A stretch of DNA of 64,000 nucleotides from a virus. Taxonomy: Duplodnaviria; Caudoviricetes. Under the pieces are notes generated by a model, which was not told where the DNA came from, ran no database searches, and saw only the letters and a program-made list of their open reading frames with translations. Both the position numbers and the translations under genes were made by a program. The stretch is from the IMG/VR virus record IMGVR_UViG_3300002835_000006. One strand, 5' to 3'. Positions 20,001-27,700 of this stretch are shown piece after piece (position 1 is the stretch's first letter; each line of letters starts with the position of its first letter).

Positions 20001-20231
20001 AACGACCAAATCGTAAGACAACAATTCTTGGATAGTGTAAACCCTATACTTGACTCAATCAGAAGAGATAGAGGTTTATATGACTTCCGTGTTACTGTTT
20101 CTTCTTCACCTGAAGACTTGGACAGAAACACTCTCACAGGTAAAATTTACCTTAAACCAACGAAGGCTTTGGAGTTCATAGATATTGAGTTCTTTATCAC
20201 ACCAACAGGTGCTTCGTTTGAAAATATATAA
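17034..20231 (+). CDS. Contractile tail sheath protein (1065 aa)
   Basis: N-terminal SPGVYTSETD and GETIKGP motifs; C-terminal WFASAG..RG, INPI, WGNKTL, LNVRRLL and EFIDIEF motifs. Confidence 0.95.
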   Translation: MATAQVNQKVYVSPGVYTSETDLSFVAQSVGVTTLGLVGETIKGPAFEPIFITNYDEFQAYFGGTEPVKFVNTQIPKYEAAYIAKSYLQQSNQLFVTRVLGLSGYDAGPSWSITTIANVDPTTVDSTGTTSFTNTFTATTATVTVWGNTFPTEVSNDFTTQYILSNGNTSTYQASLDNYIQQVLGDNTLSATSSYFYGSVPDADYNSITSTYSSTNNAFGVNNLNLAFNDLSSSDNDTWFYATFDPGANNSYDGYSWDFYINDIQDIGSGTFTGSVSGNIYNFSGTAYPDYNNMVVATLRSRGISLYTNNSGPNHGPIYEVTGSTDLDMICTNQYSGVTQDPFATFLLSGVTRDGNTFSFENSLLTTSSQFITKVLGVSNFDKPRFETPIFVEELYAGSLEYAYNQSYIRGLNCNMVALDSARSLASDSIAWKLQRYQSPKSPFLVSELRGNKVYNLFRFISISDGDAANTEVKISIANLSFDNMTFDVLVRQFFDTDANPIVIEKFQNCVLDPASNNFIAKKIGSQDGEYALISRYIMVEMAENAPVDALPCGFNGYSQRIYGSTAVQAPMIFYKTKYNFPQEVVLDPPFGSAAGGANTVTSPGDVVRRTYLGMSSSYLFTIEDAFLQYLGQKNPVVGFCTATESAPWNGLTKGFHLDSGATVVTIGNEFTTSGQTAFECGVADFTSNPSSQDNPYYFIYSRKFTLCMAGGFDGWDIYEERRTNEDRFALGGTGYLAGACTSARYPTATGFGTFKNITVDADSQSFANTDYYAYLLGILTFANPESTNINVFATASIDYVYNQTLVEAAIDMIQFQRADSIYIVTTPDYNMLLPDSTDQNQIIYPQTAVDNLDNTGIDSNYTATYYPWILVRDTVNNTQIYIPPTGEVCRNLALTDNISFPWFASAGYTRGLVNSIKARVKLTQQDRDTLYQGRINPIATFADVGTVIWGNKTLQVADTALNRLNVRRLLLQARKLISAVAVRLLFEQNDQIVRQQFLDSVNPILDSIRRDRGLYDFRVTVSSSPEDLDRNTLTGKIYLKPTKALEFIDIEFFITPTGASFENI

Positions 20232-20238
20232 TAAAAAC

Positions 20239-20265
20239 GGGGGGTCCAAAACCCCCCACTTTTTT
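20239..20265 (+). terminator. Rho-independent terminator after the sheath gene
   Basis: GGGGGGT-CCAAA-ACCCCCC followed by ACTTTTTT. Confidence 0.8.
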
Positions 20266-20273
20266 ATTACCTA

Positions 20274-21101
20274 ATGAAAAAAATATTACGAGAGGGAATA
20301 AAACCCGAGGGGACACCAGATTTAAAGTATTACGCATTCGATTGGGATGACAACATTGTCCATATGCCAACAGAAATCTATTTGTTAGATGATGATGGTA
20401 ATGAGGTTGGAATGAGTACTGAAGATTTTGCTGAATATAGAAGTAAAATAGGTAAAGGACCTTTAAAATACAAAGGGAGTACAATCGTTGATTTTGCTCC
20501 AAACGCCTTCAAGGATTTTAGAGTGGATGGTGACAAACAATTTTTGATTGATGCTATGAAAGCTAAACCTGGTCCAGCATGGAAGGATTTTGTAGAAGCG
20601 GTAAACAATGGTTCGATTTTTGCGATAATAACTGCTCGAGGACACAACCCGAGAACTCTTAAACAAGCAGTTTACAATTATATAGTTTCCGATTTCAAAG
20701 GAATAGACAAAAACCAAGTAATTAAAAACTTAAAAAAATATAGAACCTTCGCAGGAGAACAGGATATGACTGATGAAGAACTTATAAAAACATATTTGGA
20801 GTTAAATAAGTACCACCCCGTTTCTTTTGGTGATGATATAGGTGCCACAAACCCCGAACACGGAAAGGTAATTGCGATGCAAGAATTTGTAGACTATATA
20901 AAAGGGATGGCTGCTTTACTAAATAAAAGAAGTTTTCTTAAAATGGATATTGTAAATAAGTTTATTCCAGCAGTACCTACAATTGGCTTTTCAGATGACG
21001 ATTTAAAGAATATAGAAGTAATGAAGAAAGCTTTTAAAGATAAACCAGAACTAGTAAAGACTTATTCAACAGCTGGAGGAATCAAAAAAGAAGTAAAATA
21101 A
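20274..21101 (+). CDS. HAD-superfamily phosphatase-like protein
   Basis: AFDWDDNI (DxD motif I), IITARG (motif II) and GFSDDD (motif IV). Confidence 0.65.
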   Translation: MKKILREGIKPEGTPDLKYYAFDWDDNIVHMPTEIYLLDDDGNEVGMSTEDFAEYRSKIGKGPLKYKGSTIVDFAPNAFKDFRVDGDKQFLIDAMKAKPGPAWKDFVEAVNNGSIFAIITARGHNPRTLKQAVYNYIVSDFKGIDKNQVIKNLKKYRTFAGEQDMTDEELIKTYLELNKYHPVSFGDDIGATNPEHGKVIAMQEFVDYIKGMAALLNKRSFLKMDIVNKFIPAVPTIGFSDDDLKNIEVMKKAFKDKPELVKTYSTAGGIKKEVK

Positions 21102-21152
21102 AGATGAGTTTTTTAAAATAAAAGTAAATAGAAAAAATTTTCACTAATACTA

Positions 21153-21159
21153 TATTTAT
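21153..21159 (+). promoter_or_regulatory. TATTTAT candidate late promoter
   Basis: Upstream of the tail tube ATG at 21194. Confidence 0.6.
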
Positions 21160-21193
21160 AACATATAAACACAGAAATTAAAATTTTTATAAT

Positions 21194-21682
21194 ATGGCTG
21201 ATTTACTGATGAAGATGCCCTTACCCTACGAACCGAAACGGCAGAATCGATTCATTTTAAGGTTTCCTTCTAGCATGGGTATCAATGAATGGTTTGTTGA
21301 ATCTGCTTCAAGACCCTCAATTAAAATAAATTCAACCGAAATTCAATTCTTGAATACTTCAACATTTGTTGCAGGTAGATTTAATTGGGATGAAATTCAG
21401 GTAAAATTCAGAGACCCGATTGGTCCGTCTGCGGCTCAAGCATTGATGGAGTGGGTTCGTTTACACGCTGAATCAGTAACAGGTCGTATGGGTTATGCTG
21501 CGGGTTACAAAAAAGATGTTGACCTCGAGATGTTGGACCCAACAGGAGTAGTCGTAGAAAAATGGATTTTATACGGAACCTTCCTGACAAGTGCTAACTT
21601 TGGTTCATTAGCGTATAGCAATGATGCTTTAGCTGATATCACATGTGGATTGCGTCCAGACCGTTGTGTGTTGGTTTACTAA
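21194..21682 (+). CDS. Tail tube protein (T4 gp19-like)
   Basis: 162 aa; EPKRQNRF...RP, W.EI.V.F.DPI, YKKD..L.MLDP.G.VVEKW and FG.L.Y motifs; follows the sheath. Confidence 0.9.
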   Translation: MADLLMKMPLPYEPKRQNRFILRFPSSMGINEWFVESASRPSIKINSTEIQFLNTSTFVAGRFNWDEIQVKFRDPIGPSAAQALMEWVRLHAESVTGRMGYAAGYKKDVDLEMLDPTGVVVEKWILYGTFLTSANFGSLAYSNDALADITCGLRPDRCVLVY

Positions 21683-21712
21683 TAGTATTTAAATTAAAAA
21701 TAAAACTTGTAT

Positions 21713-21754
21713 ATTTAACCGTGGAGACATAAACTTCACGGTTAAATTTTTTTT
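21713..21754 (+). terminator. Rho-independent terminator after the tube gene
   Basis: 14-bp stem ATTTAACCGTGGAG / CTTCACGGTTAAAT (one G-U pair) plus a T tract ending at the ATG at 21755. Confidence 0.8.
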
Positions 21755-22501
21755 ATGCAAGACCAAAGTAGAGACTATGGACAACAAAATTTTTCATTAC
21801 CTCACGATGTTGTAATACTTCCATCAGGAGGTAAGTTTTATAAAAACAAAAAAAAATCAGTTAAAGTTGGGTATTTGACAGCGTCGGATGAAAACATTTT
21901 GATGAGTAATACAAGCGATATTACTGGAACTTTATTGAGAAATAAAATTTACGAACCTGATATTAAAATAGATGATTTATTGGAAGGGGATGTTGAAGCA
22001 ATTCTTATTTTTTTGAGGAACACATCATTTGGACCTAACATAATGATGAATTTAATTGACCCACAAACAAAAAAACAATTCGAAGCTAATATTTCGTTGG
22101 AAGAGTTGAATATAAAAAAACCACTTCACGAACCAAATGAAGACGGTAGTTTTACTACAACTCTACCTGTTTCCAAAGCACAGGCGAAACTAAAATTGAT
22201 GAATTATGGAGAACAAACAAATCTCCAAAATATTTTCGATAGTTACCCCCCAACAAGACCAGCACCTAAAATCACTCTTACTTTACAAAACCAAATTTTG
22301 GAGATAAATGGAAATTCTGATAAAGCTGAAATAGCTAAATTCGTAGAGTCAATGCCAATCGCGGACTCAAAATATATTAGGAAGTTCTTACAAGATGCTG
22401 AACCAAGATTGGATTTAACCAAACAAATTATAGCCCCATCAGGAGAAAGACTAACAGTAAACGTTGGTTTTGGGGTTGAATTTTTTCGCCCTTTCTTCTG
22501 A
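21755..22501 (+). CDS. Tail assembly chaperone / hub assembly protein (G-like; T4 gp26-like)
   Basis: Lies between tube and tape measure; LPS.GKFY and LT..DE.IL motifs; ends GVEFFRPFF*. Confidence 0.7.
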   Translation: MQDQSRDYGQQNFSLPHDVVILPSGGKFYKNKKKSVKVGYLTASDENILMSNTSDITGTLLRNKIYEPDIKIDDLLEGDVEAILIFLRNTSFGPNIMMNLIDPQTKKQFEANISLEELNIKKPLHEPNEDGSFTTTLPVSKAQAKLKLMNYGEQTNLQNIFDSYPPTRPAPKITLTLQNQILEINGNSDKAEIAKFVESMPIADSKYIRKFLQDAEPRLDLTKQIIAPSGERLTVNVGFGVEFFRPFF

Positions 22502-22640
22502 GTATAGAAAAGGACAATTAGACGAATTATATTACTTATCTACGTTGCTTCATATAAGTTATTCTGATTTTATGATTATGCCCATTTTCGTAAGAAAATA
22601 TCTTTTAGATAAATGGATTGAGACTCATCAAAAGGAGTAA
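22485..22640 (+). CDS. Tail chaperone 'T' extension in the +1 frame (probably made by frameshift), absent from the ORF track
   Basis: The +1 frame is open from 22461 to 22640: FALSSEYRKGQLDELYYLSTLLHISYSDFMIMPIFVRKYLLDKWIETHQKE*. No ATG occurs before 22572. Confidence 0.7.
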   Translation, partial: FALSSEYRKGQLDELYYLSTLLHISYSDFMIMPIFVRKYLLDKWIETHQKE

Positions 22641-22675
22641 AATCACAATTACTCTATTTATAATAAAACTAAAAT

Positions 22676-24661
22676 ATGTTTTTCCAGCAAAGTGGGGCGG
22701 AGAAAGCGCCGATAACCTCAGAAGATTTACAAATTGCTAATAGATATTCTGAGGTTCTTAAAAAAATTAGAACCGATGTAGAGGCACTAAGAACTCCAGG
22801 AGGTTTTGCATCCACAATAACTACAGAACTCACAAACGTAGCTGAAGTTGCCGAGGCTCTGAATACGAGCTTTGTTGCTTCAAGAATGAGAATACAAGAA
22901 ATGGCTAGGTCTGTTTCTGAAGCGACTCCAGGTATCGTAAAATTAGGAGGAAGTATTGAAGCAGTTGGAGGAGCAATACAAGGAATAGCTGCGGGAACTC
23001 GAAGAAATTTAGTTGCACAAAAAGAGCAAGTTGAGGAACTATATGCAACAAGTAAAATTTTGGGTACAGTAACATCGAAAATTGTCGATGAATTTACCGA
23101 GGCAGGGTATTCTTATGAAAATATTGCCAAAAAACTAGAAGAATCTATTGTTTATGTTCAAAGAATAGGACTCAACGCTAAAGTTGTCGTCTCAGATGTA
23201 TTGAATAACACAGATAAATTGGCAAGATTTAATTTCAGTGAGGGAGTTTTAGGGTTTACTAAAATGGCTGCACAAGCATCGAGATTGAGGTTTGATATGA
23301 AAGAAGTTTTCACTTTAGCCGACAAAGTTCTCAACCCTGAAGATGCAGTAAGAATGGCATCAGCTTTTCAAAGATTAGGTGTTTCAGTAGGAAATTTGAC
23401 AGACCCGTTCCAACTGATGAACCAATCTATAAATGACCCATCAGGATTACAGGATAGTATAATCAATATGGCTAAGTCTTTCACCTATTTTGATGAAAAG
23501 ACTAAAAGTTTCAGAGTCAGTCCACAAGGAATTCTAACAATGAATGCTTTGGCAGCAGAAACCGACTTGAGTGCTGAGAACTTGAAAAGAACTGCATTGG
23601 CTGCTGCGGAGATGGATGATAAATTGAAAAGGATTTCTACCACAGGATTATCTTTCAATGTTAGTGAAGAAGACAAAAAAATGATTGCTAACGTTGCAAG
23701 TATGGGAAAAGAAGGTGAATATGAGGTTTCTATAAAAGACGAAAGGGGTAATGAGTATCAAAGAAAATTAGTTGATTTACAAGAACAAGATTTCAAAAGA
23801 ATTATAGAACAACAAGAAAAGGCACCAAAGACTGTACAACAGATACAAGAAAGCCAATTAAACACCGCTGAAAAAACATATGCGGAAATTAAATTCATTA
23901 AAGAATTAGTCAAAACTTCAATTTATACACAACCAGGTTTCTTGAGAAATATGGAAGATGCTTTGAACATGACAAGAAAATCTGCTGAGGGTTTTGCTAA
24001 AGCAGTGAGAAAATCAGGTTATTTTAGAGATGCGGAAGAAATTAGAGAAAAACTCAAAGAGGCTCAAAAGTTACCCGATGCGGACCGAAAAAAGCAAGAG
24101 GACCTATTATTTAAGGAGTTAATGAATTTAACTCAAAGACTTCCAGATGCTTTCAAGAATTATGAGATTGAAAGACAAAGACAACAAGGAGATATGGGTG
24201 ATATGATGAAATCAATTCTCACAAGTACGGGTTTTGACATGTTTGGTGAACCTACGGGAAGAAGACCATTGAGAAGAGCAAGTGGAGGATTGGTGACAGG
24301 TCCCGGTACATCAACAAGCGATTCCATAGATGCCAAACTTTCGAATGGTGAATTTGTTGTAAACGCAGCCTCAACTAAATCTTTCTTACCGATATTAAAT
24401 GCTATAAATGAATCTGGGTTGAAGTCAACTTCAACAGGAATGAGCATGAAAGTTTCTTTTGATGAAAAAACTCCGATACCTGCAGAACTTACAGTAAAAC
24501 TTCCGCCAGATTTTAGTAGTATGCCATCGTATCCTGCTTTTACTGAATACATTCTACAATCTCCTGAAACTGTTAAACAAGCACTTTTGGAAGTTACTGA
24601 GGGTGCCCTATTGAGAGCTGGTAAAATTGCAAAGAAGGGGCAATATTCGGTAACAACATAA
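22676..24661 (+). CDS. Tape measure protein (661 aa)
   Basis: Helical, Ala/Glu/Lys-rich; C-terminal ASGGLVTGPGTSTSDSIDAKLSNGEFVVNA motif; canonical position after the chaperone. Confidence 0.85.
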   Translation: MFFQQSGAEKAPITSEDLQIANRYSEVLKKIRTDVEALRTPGGFASTITTELTNVAEVAEALNTSFVASRMRIQEMARSVSEATPGIVKLGGSIEAVGGAIQGIAAGTRRNLVAQKEQVEELYATSKILGTVTSKIVDEFTEAGYSYENIAKKLEESIVYVQRIGLNAKVVVSDVLNNTDKLARFNFSEGVLGFTKMAAQASRLRFDMKEVFTLADKVLNPEDAVRMASAFQRLGVSVGNLTDPFQLMNQSINDPSGLQDSIINMAKSFTYFDEKTKSFRVSPQGILTMNALAAETDLSAENLKRTALAAAEMDDKLKRISTTGLSFNVSEEDKKMIANVASMGKEGEYEVSIKDERGNEYQRKLVDLQEQDFKRIIEQQEKAPKTVQQIQESQLNTAEKTYAEIKFIKELVKTSIYTQPGFLRNMEDALNMTRKSAEGFAKAVRKSGYFRDAEEIREKLKEAQKLPDADRKKQEDLLFKELMNLTQRLPDAFKNYEIERQRQQGDMGDMMKSILTSTGFDMFGEPTGRRPLRRASGGLVTGPGTSTSDSIDAKLSNGEFVVNAASTKSFLPILNAINESGLKSTSTGMSMKVSFDEKTPIPAELTVKLPPDFSSMPSYPAFTEYILQSPETVKQALLEVTEGALLRAGKIAKKGQYSVTT

Positions 24662-24695
24662 TTGTGATTTAGTTTTAAAAAAAATAATGTTTACC

Positions 24696-24702
24696 TATTT
24701 AT
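24696..24702 (+). promoter_or_regulatory. TATTTAT candidate late promoter
   Basis: Upstream of the GTG at 24723. Confidence 0.55.
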
Positions 24703-24722
24703 TGATTAAATAGAAGTATCAA

Positions 24723-27700
24723 GTGCCAAGTCCATTAGATTATAATAATTCGGAACGATTCAGGTCGAGATTGATGACAAGAAATCTTGCCCCTTATCCC
24801 AAGTCCCCAAATCGTCCGAATCCACCAATAACTTATGAATATCAACAATCACAATTAGCGGTTACCGATAGTCCTGACGTACTAATTGATTCTCCAATTT
24901 TAGCTAACAGACTTTATCCATTAAATCAGTTTGGTGCGGAAGGTGGATATAGAATTGTGGGGGATGTTGGAGGATTGAATAATACTCGTTCAAACCAAGG
25001 TGAATACGGACCAGGTCAACAAGACGCTCATATAATAGACCAAGCTCAGCCTGCATCACTTCAGTGGAAACCTAAAAACGCATATTCCAATGGTTCTCAA
25101 ACAGTTCTAGATAGTGGTGAATACATAACTGAACCTGATTATATAAGAAGTGGTTCAAGAAACCTTTATAATAACCAACCTTATCCAACAACTTTTGTAC
25201 CATCATCTTATAACCCCGTTCAAATCCTTTTAACAAGGGACCCACAGGGAAGTAATGGTTTACTGACACAAGATTCCTATATCGCTAGATTGGGAGCATT
25301 TACTCTTAGAAGGTCTTTCGAAGAAAGGATTGCAACTGAAATAAGACAACAAACTTTAGGAAGAATAAATTTATTCAACATAGATAGTGGTACAGATATA
25401 TTCAATCTACTAACCACACGAGTACCCCTGATTGAACCAAATTGGGTAATCACACAACCTTCAGGACCTATTTTAGCAGCAACAGACTTCGCGTTGAGAT
25501 TAGCCGGAAGTATTTTGCCAACATCACCGATTCCTGGTTCTTATTTTGACCCATCTATAAATTCAGGATTCCCCACAACCATACAACAATTACAAGCGGC
25601 CTTTACTAGGTCTAATACAAGTGTAGGTAATTTCTTTGGACAATTGTTAGGGCCACCTAAATCAGGTTCTCAAATATTTTTGAACAATACAGGGGGAGGA
25701 CAAAAATCGAGATTATTCGGGAGTATAAATTATAACAAGTACAAACCTGGATATGAAAGGAATATTTTCGACAGAGTAGGGGGAGCTTTATTTGGTACTA
25801 CAGTAAATAATTCTAATTACTACATTGGTTCACCAACTTCAGAACCGTCAAGAGTTTTTTCACCGACAGGAGATTTACCCAACAACGAATTTGGACAAGA
25901 AGTTCAAGCTCCTGTCTATGGTCCTCAAGAATTGGCCCAACTTTATGAAGGACCTAGTAGAGAAATCAAACTTGGGGCCAACGGTCCTGCATATATAAAT
26001 GGTGGTGGTATCGAGGGTGGATTTACTTGGGTCTCACCAAAGTATAGGGGGAATGCCGGTAAAAAAGTAGGAATTGGGGGAGAAGTTACACAATTAGATG
26101 AAGACTTTAAACCATCATCATACAATTCAACTGAGTCCGTAAATTTAGAATTCAGACAGGGTTCAATACTTGATGATACCCAAAGGATTATAAATAGTCA
26201 ACCACAGGGTGGAAGAAGATTACAACATGTTGGTAATGCTATGGACCAAGTAAGTAAAGTTTTCAACGATGGATATAAAGAACTTACTAAAGGTTCAAGA
26301 GTTTTAAGATATGTCGGTTCTTTAGGTAATGAGGTTGGAACCGAGTATTGTAGAGTTTTTGCTAAAGATATACCATATCTTCAGTATAATGACCTTCAAA
26401 AACAAGACGGTGTTGTAAATGAAGGTAGAAGATTTTCTTATTCTGTATTCGACAAAACATATAATTTGAATATTGCACCTAACAAACAAGAAGGAGGTCA
26501 GGCTTCATCAAACTTGATAGGAACAAATAATACTGCTTTTGCTAAGAAATATATGTTCTCATTGGAAAATTTAGCATGGAGAACATCAAATACTCCTGGT
26601 ATAAATGTGAATGAGTTACCAATTTGTGAGAGAGGTCCAAATGGTGGAAGAGTGATGTGGTTCCCACCTTATGGGTTGACATTTAATGAGACTGTAAATG
26701 CGAATTGGAAGACACAAGATTTTCTTGGTAGACCTGAACCAATTTACACTTATACAAATACAAGTAGAGGTGGTTCATTACAATGGAAAATTGTTGTTGA
26801 CCATCCATCAGTTCTGAATGTTATTGTGAATAAGGTTTTGAATAACGAAAGTAATAAAGAAAGAATTAATGGAATTTTGGAATCATTCTTTGCTGGTTGT
26901 AAAAAATACGATTTATATGAACTGGCTAAAAGATATTACACAATTCCTCCAAATGAATTACAAGATATTCAACAAGCTATTGCGTCAAAAAATCTGAGTA
27001 AAGAACAAGTAAGTGTTGCTAAAAATACTTTAGCTACGGGGGCAAGAGATACTCAAAGTAGTTCACAACCAATCACACAACCTTCACAGAACACACCACA
27101 AGACACACTGAAACAATTCCAAAACTTTGCATTGTATTTTCCCAATGACATTCCAGCACCTCCATCAGTATCACCTGTGGTTGGAAGTTATTCACAATAT
27201 TATACAGATTATATCAACCAAAGTACAACCACTTACGCGGGGCAAGGAGTTTTTATAAACAATGTTGTAACTCAGAATTACAATCACATCCAAGTAAATT
27301 TCTTCAATGAACTCAAAACAGTGATGAAGAATAACCCTTCATCTAAAGTTGTAATAGAATTATTGGGAAGTGCGTCAGCCGCGGCAAAACAAACATACAA
27401 TTTAGAACTTTCACAGAGAAGAATAGATAGTGTTAAAAATTTATTTGCTTCGGACCAATTGCTAAACTCGTACATACAATCAGGTAGAATTACATTTACA
27501 GAAGTTCCAAAGGGAGAAGGTGCCGAAAAAGTGCAAGTTTTTCAGTGGGATGCTAGTTCGAATCAATTTATAACTAATACTGAATTCGAAACTTGTACTG
27601 ACAACGATGACAACAATAATAGTTTGGCGGGAGCACCAATAACTAACTCCACAGCTATGGCTTGTAGAAGAGTCAAAATCAAATCAATAACAGTAAGTGC

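Noticed and set aside
22478-22521. Canonical -1 frameshift for the tail chaperone
   Set aside because: The -1 frame stops at TAG 22519-22521 after about 13 codons; only the +1 frame gives a plausible T domain.
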